From an uncultured Actinomycetes bacterium (GTDB taxonomy: Bacteria > Actinomycetota > Thermoleophilia > Gaiellales > JAICJC01), in the NCBI GenBank assembly GCA_963708365.1, contig CAVPSM010000011.1, positions 141,744 through 205,743 on the forward strand: DNA of 64,000 bases. Direction: 5' to 3'. Below are positions 52,876-61,873 of the stretch, one piece after another. Under the pieces are notes generated by a model. It did no database searches. It was not told the DNA's origin and worked only from the letters and a program-made list of their open reading frames with translations. The translations under genes and the position numbers were made by a program. The number at the start of each line of letters is the position of its first letter. The first letter of the stretch is position 1.

Positions 52876-54570
52876 TTACACGGGCGCCGGTTCCGGGCTG
52901 ACCGGCACCGACGCGCGGATCTCGGTGCCTCCGCCGGCGGGGCTGCCGATCTCGATCGAGCCGCCGATGAGCTCGATCCGCTCCCGCATGCCAATCAGAC
53001 CGAATCCCGACGTGTCGCGGCGCTCGGGCAGCCCTGCGCCGTCGTCCGCGATCCGCAGGTCGATGCGGTCGCCGGCCTCGACGATCGCAACGTCAACCCG
53101 GGTGGCGCCCGCGTGCTTGACGACGTTGTTCAGCGCCTCCTGGACGACCCGGTAGAGCGCGTCCTCGACGACAGCGCTCAGCCGGTACGGGCGGCGACCA
53201 CTCTCGTACGCGAGGTCGATGTTCATGCGAACGTCGAGGTCGCTGACGAGGCGGAGCCGCTCGACCAGATGCTCCAGCGCCGGCTGCACGCCGGCCTCGT
53301 CGAGGATGGGCGGGCGCAGGTCGGTGATCAGCTGGCGCAGGGACGCGATCCCGAGGGTCAGCTGGTCGACCGCCTGATGGAGAATGCGCTCCACCCGAGC
53401 CGGGTCATCGCTGCGCCCAGCCGACGCCAGGATCATCTTGAGGCTCGCGAGATCCTGGAGCGTCTCGTCGTGCAGCTCGCGCGCCCACCGCCGGCGCTCC
53501 GCCTCGGACGCCTCGATCGCGCGCCGAGCGCGTGCCTCGGCGACGTTGCGGCCGGTCGCGACCGCGGTAGCGCCGCTGCTCGCGAACGCCTCAAGGACGC
53601 GGGCGTCGTCGGCAGTGAAGCTCGCGGCGCCCGACACCGGGTCGAGCGCCACGAGGACGCCGACGGCTACGCCCCGGAACACGAGCGGCACGAGCAGCGC
53701 CGCCCGGGCCTCGACGCCCTCGATCACCGTGACCGGCGCGCCGGTATGCACCGGCCGGTGCGATGCGAGCACGTCGGCCGCTGCCGTCTCACGGACGTCC
53801 ACCACCCGGTGCTGGAGGGAGCGCTCGAGCTCACCGGCGATCGCGCCCACGGTCAGACGGTCGCCGGATTCGAGCGCGACGAACATGGAGCGTGCGTCGA
53901 CCAGCGCCCGGCCGCGCTTCACGATCAGCTCCAGGATCCGGTCGAGCTCGGTCTCGCCGCCCACGGCGCGGGCGACGGCGAGGGCGGCCTCGAAGCCCGC
54001 CATCGCGCGCTGGAGCTCGTCCCGGCGTTCGGTCGCCGATCGGTACAGGCGCGCGTTGGCGATGGCGTGGCCGGCCCACTCGGCGAGCAGCACGACCGCC
54101 TCCTCGTCGGCCTCGTCGAACTCCGCGCCGGCCTTGTCGGTGAGATAGAGGTTGCCGTAGACGGCGTCGCGGATGCGAACAGGGACGCCCAGAAACGAGG
54201 TCATCGGCGGGTGACCGGCGGGAAATCCGTACGACCGGGGGTGCGCACCGACGTCCGCCAGCCGCAGCGGCCGCGGATCGCTGATGATGACGCCGAGCAC
54301 GCCGTGGCCGCGCGGGAGGTCGCCGATGCGCGCGCGGGTCAGGTCGTCGATCCCGATCGTCAGGAACCGCTCGAGCGCGTCGCCGCGGTCGTTGAGGACA
54401 CCCAGCGCGGCGTAGCGGGCGCCGGTCAGGTCACGCGCGGCCTCGAGCACGGCCTGAAGAACCGACTCCAGGTCGAGGTTCGAGACCAGCGAGCGCCCAA
54501 CGTCGACCAGGCGGCGCAGGTGCACCTCGCCGAGCCGCTCGCCGAACCCCGTTCCGGCCACGTCGCTCAT
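52876..54570 (-). CDS. devS: DevS/DosT-like sensor histidine kinase (GAF-GAF-HisKA_3-HATPase)
   Basis: The first GAF carries HPRSYGFPAGHPPMTSFLGVPVRIRDAVYGNLYLTDK. From memory this matches the heme-GAF signature of DevS/DosT. The H-box is ARELHDETLQ and the ATPase motif is GFGLIGMRERIELIGG. Confidence 0.8.
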   Translation of the reverse strand: MSDVAGTGFGERLGEVHLRRLVDVGRSLVSNLDLESVLQAVLEAARDLTGARYAALGVLNDRGDALERFLTIGIDDLTRARIGDLPRGHGVLGVIISDPRPLRLADVGAHPRSYGFPAGHPPMTSFLGVPVRIRDAVYGNLYLTDKAGAEFDEADEEAVVLLAEWAGHAIANARLYRSATERRDELQRAMAGFEAALAVARAVGGETELDRILELIVKRGRALVDARSMFVALESGDRLTVGAIAGELERSLQHRVVDVRETAAADVLASHRPVHTGAPVTVIEGVEARAALLVPLVFRGVAVGVLVALDPVSGAASFTADDARVLEAFASSGATAVATGRNVAEARARRAIEASEAERRRWARELHDETLQDLASLKMILASAGRSDDPARVERILHQAVDQLTLGIASLRQLITDLRPPILDEAGVQPALEHLVERLRLVSDLDVRMNIDLAYESGRRPYRLSAVVEDALYRVVQEALNNVVKHAGATRVDVAIVEAGDRIDLRIADDGAGLPERRDTSGFGLIGMRERIELIGGSIEIGSPAGGGTEIRASVPVSPEPAPV

Positions 54571-54597
54571 GGGCCGCAGATGGTATCGACCGATCCA

Positions 54598-55299
54598 CTA
54601 GCGGCGCTCGAGCATGCCCTGGTCGATGGCGTAGCGGACGAGCTCTGTCCGGGCAGTGAAGCCGAGCTTCTGCATGATGTGCGCGCGGTGCGTCTCGGCG
54701 GTGCGCACCGAGATGTAGAGCCGTTCGGCGATCTCTTGGTTCGTGTGCCCCTCTGCCAGCAACCGCAACACTTCGCGCTCGCGCTCGGAGAGCGGGTCCG
54801 CAGCGGCCCGCTCCCGCTCGTGCAGGTCAGCCTCGACCATGCGCGCGCCGAGCGCCGGGTGCAGGTAGCGCCTGCCCGCTGCGACCTCCCGGATCGCTGT
54901 GACGAGCTCGTCCTCGGCCGCGTCCTTCAGCACATAGCCGTTGGCACCGTTGCCGAACGCGCGGCGGACGTGGTGCGGGCTGTCCTCCATCGACAGGATC
55001 AGCACCTTCGCCAGGGGCGCCTCCGCGTGGAGCCTGTCGATCGACTCGACGCCGTCGCCATCGGGCAGCATCACGTCGAGGACAACCACGTCGGGCGTAT
55101 GCCGGCGGGTCTTGAAGACCGCATCGCGCACGTCTCCCGCCTCGTCCACGATCTCGAGGCCGTTCTCGGCTTCCAGCAGCATCCGCAGACCGGCGCGGAC
55201 GACGCGATGGTCGTCGACGAGCAGGATCCGCAGTGGCTGCCCGGCGCCGGCCATCGCCCGATTATGCCCAACCACGCCGTTCGGCGAGAGCTCGCTCAC
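54598..55299 (-). CDS. devR: NarL/DevR-type response regulator
   Basis: The REC domain reads ILLVDDHRVVRAGL...VVVLDVMLPDGDG. The GerE HTH reads LSEREREVLRLLAEGHTNQEIAERLYISVRTAETHRAHIMQKLG. The GTG overlaps the upstream stop; an alternative ATG is at 55254. Confidence 0.9.
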   Translation of the reverse strand: MSELSPNGVVGHNRAMAGAGQPLRILLVDDHRVVRAGLRMLLEAENGLEIVDEAGDVRDAVFKTRRHTPDVVVLDVMLPDGDGVESIDRLHAEAPLAKVLILSMEDSPHHVRRAFGNGANGYVLKDAAEDELVTAIREVAAGRRYLHPALGARMVEADLHERERAAADPLSEREREVLRLLAEGHTNQEIAERLYISVRTAETHRAHIMQKLGFTARTELVRYAIDQGMLERR

Positions 55300-55526
55300 C
55301 GCCGAACCGGCTTCCCCAGGCGCCGGAACGGCTGCCAGCCGTCCCGCGCCGCGACGCGGGCACGGAGATCAAGAAGAAACCGCGCGAGCTGCGGGTTCGT
55401 GTCGATGTCGGCGCGGAGCTCTCGCAATCGGCATCCGCCGGCGTCGAAGAACGGGCAGTCCGCGCCGGGGCAGCGCTCGTAGCCGTCCAGGCTGCGGTGC
55501 AGCAGACACTCCGCCGCCTCAGACAT
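55296..55526 (-). CDS. small (76 aa) four-Cys protein, unknown function
   Basis: Met14 of ORF 55296..55565 gives MSEAAECLLHRSLDGYERCPGADCPFFDAGGCRLREL. It overlaps the upstream gene by 8 nt and devR by 4 nt (GTGA). Confidence 0.5.
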   Translation of the reverse strand: MSEAAECLLHRSLDGYERCPGADCPFFDAGGCRLRELRADIDTNPQLARFLLDLRARVAARDGWQPFRRLGKPVRR

Positions 55527-55830
55527 GTGCTCCCGCTCCGTCTCTCGCGGACGGCCAGGACACACGTTCCGTGAGCAACTCCGGATGGTGCACCAGCATC
55601 CCCATCCGGGCGAGCTCTGCCATCGGCAGCCGTTTGCTCAGATCGCGTACATGCTCATGGGCTTCGTCGCCTTCGAACACGAACACGACCGTCCGCTCGC
55701 CCACGAATGCATAGTGGCTCGTGAATCCGCTCTCGGTGAGGTCGAACGGCGGCCCGGCCGCGAGCAGCTGCTCGAGCTGGTCGCGCTTCCCGGGTCGGAT
55801 CGATCCAACGACAACCACCTGTTCGCTCAT
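55519..55830 (-). CDS. hypothetical 103-aa protein, first gene of the devR-devS operon
   Basis: Met32 of ORF 55519..55923 follows a GGAAGGAG SD. The sequence begins MSEQVVVVGSIRPGKRDQLEQLLAAGPPFDL. I recognise no family. Confidence 0.55.
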   Translation of the reverse strand: MSEQVVVVGSIRPGKRDQLEQLLAAGPPFDLTESGFTSHYAFVGERTVVFVFEGDEAHEHVRDLSKRLPMAELARMGMLVHHPELLTERVSWPSARDGAGAHV

Positions 55831-55992
55831 GATCCGCTCCTTCCGTTTCTCGAAGCGTCGCCGCTCCGGCGCACCTTGGCTTCCGGAACGGCGCTGACCC
55901 GGTTGCGGGAAACCCACAGACAACCGTGTGGCGCGCCCCGACGCCGCCGCGACTCCGGCCCGAGACGATCACCCGAAACCAGAGGAGGAGAC

Positions 55993-56463
55993 ATGCCGAA
56001 CATCGTGGTGCTGGGACTGGACGGCTCGCAGGACTCGATCCACGCGACCCCGTACGCCGCCGAGCAGGCAGGCCCCGACGGCAAGGTCGTCGCCGTGCAC
56101 GTGCGCGAGCTGCTCATCGGCCGCGCGGGCGGGATGCCGCTCGTCGCCAACGAGGACGAGATCGAAATGGACGTGCGCCGCCGCGTCGACGATCTCAAGA
56201 CGGCCGGGACGAACATCGAGCTGCAGGTGATCTCGGCGGTCGCCGGCGGGCCCGCGAACGTGATCGCGGACGTCGCCCGCCGCGAGCATGCGGACGTGAT
56301 CGTCGTTGGAACGCGCGGGCACCGCCAGATCGCGAGCCTGATCATCGGCAGCGTCACCCACCGGCTGCTGCACATGACGCCGTGCCCGGTGCTGGCGGTG
56401 CCGCCCGCCGCAGCGGTCTCCGCGGGAAGCGCGGAGCCGGCGGCGGTGGCCACCAGCGCGTAG
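55993..56463 (+). CDS. universal stress protein (UspA family)
   Basis: A GAGGAGGAG SD is present. The sequence runs MPNIVVLGLDGSQDS...DVIVVGTRGHRQIASLIIGSVTHRLLHMTPCPVLAV. Confidence 0.85.
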   Translation: MPNIVVLGLDGSQDSIHATPYAAEQAGPDGKVVAVHVRELLIGRAGGMPLVANEDEIEMDVRRRVDDLKTAGTNIELQVISAVAGGPANVIADVARREHADVIVVGTRGHRQIASLIIGSVTHRLLHMTPCPVLAVPPAAAVSAGSAEPAAVATSA

Positions 56464-56470
56464 GCGCGGT

Positions 56471-56508
56471 CGGAGCCGGGCGGCCCGACGCCGGGCGGCC
56501 CGGCTCCG
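56471..56508 (+). terminator. intrinsic-terminator-like hairpin
   Basis: CGGAGCCGGGC ... GCCCGGCTCCG (11-bp stem with a structured 16-nt loop), 8 nt after the USP stop. Confidence 0.6.
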
Positions 56509-56675
56509 GCTTGCCCGAATCTGCGCCCGCAGACGCGCTGCGGAGAACCCCGTACACCGACACGCGGAAATCCGCCGCAATTTTGCGCGCGGCCGCCGAT
56601 GCCGCCGAACCGGCCGCACCCGACACTGGAGCCGGCAAGTCATCAGCGACGTCGTCAGAGCGAAGGGAGCACATC

Positions 56676-57311
56676 ATGCGGAGGGTCTTCGAATACGGCG
56701 GGTTCATCGCGGCGGTCGTCCTGATCGCCTTCGGGATCGGCGCGGCGACGATGGGCTGGAACGCCCGCGGGACGGTGCACGACACGCTGGCGCAGGAGCA
56801 CATCGTCGGGACGCCCGACATGACGCCCGCCGGAATCACCGCCGAGGCCAGGCAGGCCGGGCTGAACGTGGCGTCGCTGAGCATCCCCACGAAGTCGGTG
56901 GCCGGAGTCGCGATCGACAATGGCGACCGCGCTCACACGTTCGCGGGCTACATGCGGATCCACGCCCTCGAGGCGACCGGCGGCCTGACCTATGCCCAGA
57001 TGCCGCGGTACGCCACGGCGAACGGCAAGGGCACCAATGACCCCAACCAGGCGCTGAAGGTCGGTGGCCAGCCGCAGGACAACGTGGCCCGCAACGTATG
57101 GGTCACCGAGACCGCACTGTCGACCGCGCTGCAGTCGAGCTACATGGCCTCGCAGCTGGCGCTGTTCGCGGTCGTGGTCGGCATCGCGCTCCTGCTGACC
57201 GGCGTCGGGTTCGGCGTGCTTGCCATCGGCGGCGCGCTTCGCAACCGCGAGGTGGCGCTCTCGTTCGGTCGCTCGCACCATCCCCAGGCCGACGACGCAC
57301 TCACCGCCTGA
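56676..57311 (+). CDS. two-TM membrane protein with a large extracytoplasmic loop, unknown function
   Basis: ATG preceded by GAAGGGAG, within ORF 55926..57311. N- and C-terminal TM segments are FIAAVVLIAFGIGAATMGW and LALFAVVVGIALLLTGVGFGVLAIGG. Confidence 0.65.
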   Translation: MRRVFEYGGFIAAVVLIAFGIGAATMGWNARGTVHDTLAQEHIVGTPDMTPAGITAEARQAGLNVASLSIPTKSVAGVAIDNGDRAHTFAGYMRIHALEATGGLTYAQMPRYATANGKGTNDPNQALKVGGQPQDNVARNVWVTETALSTALQSSYMASQLALFAVVVGIALLLTGVGFGVLAIGGALRNREVALSFGRSHHPQADDALTA

Positions 57312-57332
57312 GCAGACGGCAGACGTCTGGCA

Positions 57333-57363
57333 GAGGGGCCGCTCCTCGCCGGAGCGGCCCCTC
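57333..57363 (+). terminator. intrinsic-terminator-like hairpin
   Basis: Perfect 13-bp stem GAGGGGCCGCTCC / GGAGCGGCCCCTC with a 5-nt loop. Confidence 0.65.
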
Positions 57364-57463
57364 CTCGCGTGGACCGAGGACGCCGTCATCCCGTGGGGAC
57401 GATGTGGGTTCGCAGGCACCGACCTAGCGTGACGCCGACTCGACCAAATCCGAGGAGGTCACG

Positions 57464-57859
57464 ATGGAGCGGAATGCCTGGAGTGGATGGGTTGGATTCG
57501 CAGGCTGGCTGCTGATAATCACCGGCATCATCGACGGGTTCGAGGGACTCATCGCCATCATCCGCCAGAACTACTACGTCTTCGGGCCGAACCAGGTCGT
57601 CGTGTTCAACGTCAAGACGTGGGGCTGGATCGCGCTGCTCTGGGGGGTTCTCTTGGTGCTTACCGGCCTGGGGCTCCTCTCGGGCGCGAGCTGGGCGCGC
57701 TGGGTCGCGATCATCGTCGCCAGCTTCGCGATCATCCTTCAGCTCGGATTCCTCGGGAGCTCTCCGTACTTCCTGTGGACGCTCACCGTGATCGGGCTGC
57801 AGGCGATCGTGCTCTACGCGCTGATCGTGCGGTGGCACGAGGCCACCGGGACGGCGTAG
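57464..57859 (+). CDS. four-TM membrane protein (DUF7144-like)
   Basis: A GAGGAGG SD is present. The sequence reads WVGFAGWLLIITGIIDGFEGLIAI...TWGWIALLWGVLLVLTGLGLLSGASWARW. GC is lower than in the flanks. Confidence 0.75.
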   Translation: MERNAWSGWVGFAGWLLIITGIIDGFEGLIAIIRQNYYVFGPNQVVVFNVKTWGWIALLWGVLLVLTGLGLLSGASWARWVAIIVASFAIILQLGFLGSSPYFLWTLTVIGLQAIVLYALIVRWHEATGTA

Positions 57860-57868
57860 GGAGAGACG

Positions 57869-58564
57869 TTGCTGCGCGCGCTGTGGGTCGTCCTCGCGGT
57901 CGCGCTGTCCGTTGTCGGCTTCGCAGCTGCGAGCTGCGGATCCGGCAACGGGCAGGCGGGGTCGTCGCTGACGAGCGCGCTCAGCGCCGCCGGCGGTGGC
58001 GCCTCGGGCGGGGGGCCGTCGCTTCCCGGGAGCGGATTGCCGACGTCGAGCGCCCCGCCCACGACCTCGACGGAGACCGTCACGACGACCACCCCGCCGG
58101 TCACCACGACGACTCCGCCGGTGACGACCACAACGCCGATCATCACGACCAGCTCGACGTCGGTGACGCTCACGGGGACCACTCCGCCGCCGACGACCGA
58201 ATCCGGCGCAGCGGCAGGCTCGACGGCGGACACCGGTGGAACCGGCTCGGACAACGGCGTGTCGGGATGGGTCTACGCGCTGATCGGCGCCGTCGTCGTC
58301 GCGCTGATCGCGGCTGTGGCCTGGCTGATCCGCCGCGGGCGAAAGCCGCCACCGGCCGTGCCCGTGCCGACGCCCAAGCCCCTCGCCGAGCGTCAGGCGA
58401 TCCTGCTGGCCGAGGTCGAGCGACGCCTGCAGTCCGGATGGACCGTCGTCTCGCAGACGGCGGACACGGCGATGCTGGAGCGGTCCGGCGAGGTCACCCG
58501 GGTCACGGTCGACGAGTACGGCACTCTGCACGAGATCCCGTCGCCCCCGGACGGCGGCCAGTAG
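57869..58564 (+). CDS. lipoprotein-like Thr/Pro-rich bitopic membrane protein
   Basis: TTG start. The lipobox-like sequence is VGFAAASC. The repeat region is TETVTTTTPPVTTTTPPVTTTTPIITT, the TM is WVYALIGAVVVALIAAVAWLI, and a cytoplasmic tail follows. Confidence 0.6.
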   Translation: MLRALWVVLAVALSVVGFAAASCGSGNGQAGSSLTSALSAAGGGASGGGPSLPGSGLPTSSAPPTTSTETVTTTTPPVTTTTPPVTTTTPIITTSSTSVTLTGTTPPPTTESGAAAGSTADTGGTGSDNGVSGWVYALIGAVVVALIAAVAWLIRRGRKPPPAVPVPTPKPLAERQAILLAEVERRLQSGWTVVSQTADTAMLERSGEVTRVTVDEYGTLHEIPSPPDGGQ

Positions 58565-58584
58565 GCGCCAGGGACAGATCGCCC

Positions 58585-59535
58585 CTAGTCGACACCGCCG
58601 ACCGCGTCGAGCAGCGCGTCGACCACCGCGACCGTGAACGGTTCGTCCACGAACTCGGCGACGCGTCCCTCCTGATGCCGCCGCTCGTCCTCGCTCGTGT
58701 CCGGGGCGAGCCAGATGCGGCACGCGATCTCGAGGATGTGGCCGAGCTGGGCGATCGTCATCGAGAAGTCGGCCCGCGCCCGCACGGTGCCCGGGCCGCC
58801 GGCCGCGCGGTAGCCGCGGTACACCTCGCCGCCGCGGCCCGGATCGCCGATCCCGAGCTCGAACACGACGCCGGCCACCTCGTGCCCGGGATCGGCCAGA
58901 CCGCAGTTCTCCCAGTCGATCACGCACAGACCGCCCGACGACGTCGGGCGCAGGTTCTCGGCCCACAGGTCGCGATGGCACGTGCGCAGGTTGGTCGAGG
59001 GCTCGAGGAACGCCTCGAGCGCGACGAGCTCGTCGCGCAGGCCTGCCACGCCGCCCGCGAACGGCGCTCCGGCCCCGGCCAGGTCGTCGAGGAGCCGATC
59101 CCAGGCCACCCCACCGACCGGATCGGTGTACCAGGGATCCTCCGGCCGGACTCCGGCGAACGGCGTGCGGTGGATGGCCGCGACCACGCGGCCGGCCTCG
59201 GCCGGGTCGATCGCGCGGTCGGGCGGGAGCAGGTCGACCCACTCGTGGACGCGCACGGGCAGGCCCTCGATCTCGGCGTGCCAGGCACCGCCCCCCGCCC
59301 GCATCACGCCCGGCGCAGGCACCCCGGCGGCCCGGGCGGCCACCTGGAACTGCGCGTCCTCGCCGTCGAGGTCGGGCTCGGCGAACGACGTCTTGACCGC
59401 GAACGCCCCACGCGCCGTCACCAGCTGCTCGACCCGGCCCTGCTCGCCGCGCTCGACCCGGCCCGTGAACTGGGCCTCGTTTCCGAGATCGAAGGCGCGG
59501 GCGACCTCGGCGGCCCTGGCAGCGTCACCGGCCAC
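58585..59535 (-). CDS. aminoglycoside/choline-kinase-type phosphotransferase (APH family)
   Basis: The GTG lies 2 nt after the MFS stop. Catalytic motifs CHRDLWAENL and VIDWENCG are present. Confidence 0.8.
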   Translation of the reverse strand: MAGDAARAAEVARAFDLGNEAQFTGRVERGEQGRVEQLVTARGAFAVKTSFAEPDLDGEDAQFQVAARAAGVPAPGVMRAGGGAWHAEIEGLPVRVHEWVDLLPPDRAIDPAEAGRVVAAIHRTPFAGVRPEDPWYTDPVGGVAWDRLLDDLAGAGAPFAGGVAGLRDELVALEAFLEPSTNLRTCHRDLWAENLRPTSSGGLCVIDWENCGLADPGHEVAGVVFELGIGDPGRGGEVYRGYRAAGGPGTVRARADFSMTIAQLGHILEIACRIWLAPDTSEDERRHQEGRVAEFVDEPFTVAVVDALLDAVGGVD

Positions 59536-59537
59536 GC

Positions 59538-60722
59538 TCAGACGCTCGATCCGGCGTCTGCCGGCCGAAGCCGGGGGATCACGCGGACGCGCCGCCATAG
59601 AACGACGAACACCGGGAGGCACAGGAGCAGGATCACGACATACGCCGTCTGCGTGGATGCAGCCTGCGCCAGCGTCCCGACGAGCAGCGGGACGACGGTG
59701 AACCCACCCGCCCACACCGCGCCCATGAGGCCGGTCGCGGTGACGTGCGAGACGCCGGCGGCGTCGGCCCCGGCGGACGACAGCGGAAACATGGCGGCGC
59801 CGACGATCGCGAAGAGCGGGCCGCCCACCACAAGCACGGCGAACAGGACGGACGCCGACGGCTCGAGAGCGAGCACGACCGGGATGACGACGATGCAGGC
59901 CGCCGCCGCCAACCCGACGACGGGCGCGCCGACGCGGTCGACGAGACGGCCGGCCGGCGGGCCAACGCCGGCGCCGAGCACGGCGCCGATGGCGAGCGCG
60001 ATCCCGATCTGTACGACGGAGTAGCCAAGGGCGCCGAGGCGCAGCGGGACGAGCAGGTCGACGGCGCCGAACGCGAGCAGGTCGACGACGGCGATCGCGA
60101 GCGCCGCGCCGGTGGCGGGCTGCCGGGCGCTGCGGACCAGCCCGTCCCACACGCGCCCGGCGACGGCGACGGCACGCCCGGCCGGCGCCCGGTAGGACAG
60201 GACGACGCCCAGAAGCGCGACGAGCGCCACGAGGCCGAACGCGATCCCCTGCCCCACCCAGCCGGCCAGCGCGCCGATCCCGGGGCCCATGATCGATCCG
60301 GCCGACAGCATGCCGGTGACGATCCCGGACTCCCGGCCACGATGCTCGGGCGGCGCGTTCTCGGTGACCCAGGCCATCGACGCGGTCCAGATCGATCCGC
60401 TCGCGAGGCCCTGCACGAACCGCGCCAGCACGAGCACGAGGGCCGACGGCGCCCAGGCGAAGATCACCGTGGCCACCGTCATCAGCGCTGCCGACGCCAG
60501 CGTGATCCGCCTCGCGCCGAACCGGGGCACGAGCGCGATGCAGCCGATCGACACGGCCGGCACGGAGACCGGGTAGGCGGCGATCACGACGCCCGCGCCC
60601 AGCGTGCTCAGGTCGAACCGGTGCACGTAGTGGGGCAGCAGCGGCAGCACGGCCAGGTAGAGCGATGCGTCGACGAACATGAGCACCCCCACCGCCACCG
60701 TGATCCGCCGCGAGCCCGACAC
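59538..60722 (-). CDS. MFS transporter (12 TM)
   Basis: ORF-track 394 aa, hydrophobic throughout. It forms an operon with the phosphotransferase. Confidence 0.85.
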   Translation of the reverse strand: MSGSRRITVAVGVLMFVDASLYLAVLPLLPHYVHRFDLSTLGAGVVIAAYPVSVPAVSIGCIALVPRFGARRITLASAALMTVATVIFAWAPSALVLVLARFVQGLASGSIWTASMAWVTENAPPEHRGRESGIVTGMLSAGSIMGPGIGALAGWVGQGIAFGLVALVALLGVVLSYRAPAGRAVAVAGRVWDGLVRSARQPATGAALAIAVVDLLAFGAVDLLVPLRLGALGYSVVQIGIALAIGAVLGAGVGPPAGRLVDRVGAPVVGLAAAACIVVIPVVLALEPSASVLFAVLVVGGPLFAIVGAAMFPLSSAGADAAGVSHVTATGLMGAVWAGGFTVVPLLVGTLAQAASTQTAYVVILLLCLPVFVVLWRRVRVIPRLRPADAGSSV

Positions 60723-60865
60723 GCCGTCACGGTACTTCAGCGGCCGTGGGCGCGGCCGTCGTCGCCGCGTGGAGAATTTTTGGTGAACACCCCTCGACGC
60801 GGGCTCGTAACTTCGGGAACATAGAACAGCTTTCCGGTTTCCATCATGCGATCGAGGGGGTAGGC

Positions 60866-61348
60866 ATGTCCGGCATCACGTTCATACGCGCGGCGCTGCG
60901 GGGAAAGGGCGCGGTCGTCCTGACGGCGCTCGCGGCGGTCGTCGTCTTCGCAGTCCCGGCGGCGGCGGACACCGCCGCCCCGCCCACCGCCGACCTCGGC
61001 GTCGTCTCGATCCACGCCTCGCGGCAGACGGCAGCCCACGGCACGCGCGTGACCTTCACCGAGGTGATCCGCAACAACGGCCCCGAGACCGTCGAGACGG
61101 ACACGATGCCGCAGATCACGGGCGGAACACTCGTCCAGGAGGTGTGCGACCTCGGCATCTCGCCGGACACGCCCAACTGCGAGTACGGAGAGGTTCCGGC
61201 CGGGACGAGCCTGACGACCCAGTTCGTGGTGCGGGTGACGGCCACGCACGGCACCCTGACGGTGCGCGGCGGGGTCGTCTCCGAGAGCGCCTTCGAGGAC
61301 GACAACCCGTTCAACCAGTACCGGACGGCGTCCGTCCACATCGGCTGA
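60866..61348 (+). CDS. secreted DUF11-like domain protein
   Basis: ORF 60746..61348 trimmed to MSGITFIRAALRGKGAVVLTALAAVVVFAVPAAA. The DUF11-like core reads ADLGVVSIHASRQTAAHGTRVTFTEVIRNNGPETV. Confidence 0.65.
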   Translation: MSGITFIRAALRGKGAVVLTALAAVVVFAVPAAADTAAPPTADLGVVSIHASRQTAAHGTRVTFTEVIRNNGPETVETDTMPQITGGTLVQEVCDLGISPDTPNCEYGEVPAGTSLTTQFVVRVTATHGTLTVRGGVVSESAFEDDNPFNQYRTASVHIG

Positions 61349-61358
61349 GCCCGGAAAG

Positions 61359-61399
61359 GGCGCGTCCTCCGGTCCCGGGTGGGGACCGGAGGACGCGCC
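61359..61399. terminator. bidirectional terminator hairpin between convergent genes
   Basis: Perfect 18-bp stem GGCGCGTCCTCCGGTCCC / GGGACCGGAGGACGCGCC with a 5-nt loop. Confidence 0.7.
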
Positions 61400-61417
61400 G
61401 CTCGGGCAGGTGATGCG

Positions 61418-61807
61418 TCAGCTGGGCTCGACGACCATCAGCGTGTTGCCGTCCGGGTCGCGGAACCAGAACATGGGCGGCACCGGGTCGCCCATGCGCG
61501 ACACCTCGTCGTCGATGTCGGCGCCGCGGTCGCGGAGCTCGGCGTGGGCGGCGTCGATGTCGTCGGTCGTGAGGGTGATGCCGGTCTCACGCGACGTCGG
61601 GTCGCCGGGGCGCGGCGGCGCAAGGGCGATGCCCGTCGTGCCGTTCGGTGGGTACACCTCGACCCAGCGGTATTGGCCGCCGAACGGGATGTCGGTGCGC
61701 TTCTCGAACCCGAGCACGCCCTCGTAGAACTCGATCGCCCGATCCTGATCGGCCGACGGGACGATCACGAGGCTGATCTCTCCGATGCGGCTGGCGGTCT
61801 TCGTCAT
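61418..61807 (-). CDS. VOC/glyoxalase-family protein
   Basis: Met21 of ORF 61418..61867. The sequence runs ISLVIVPSADQDRAIEFYEGVLGFEKR ... FWFRDPDGNTLMVVE. Confidence 0.8.
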   Translation of the reverse strand: MTKTASRIGEISLVIVPSADQDRAIEFYEGVLGFEKRTDIPFGGQYRWVEVYPPNGTTGIALAPPRPGDPTSRETGITLTTDDIDAAHAELRDRGADIDDEVSRMGDPVPPMFWFRDPDGNTLMVVEPS

Positions 61808-61873
61808 CGTGTCCTCCTGGAAGAACGAGTGGTCGCACGTATGACCGGCCCGTCGCGGAGAACTCATCGGCCG

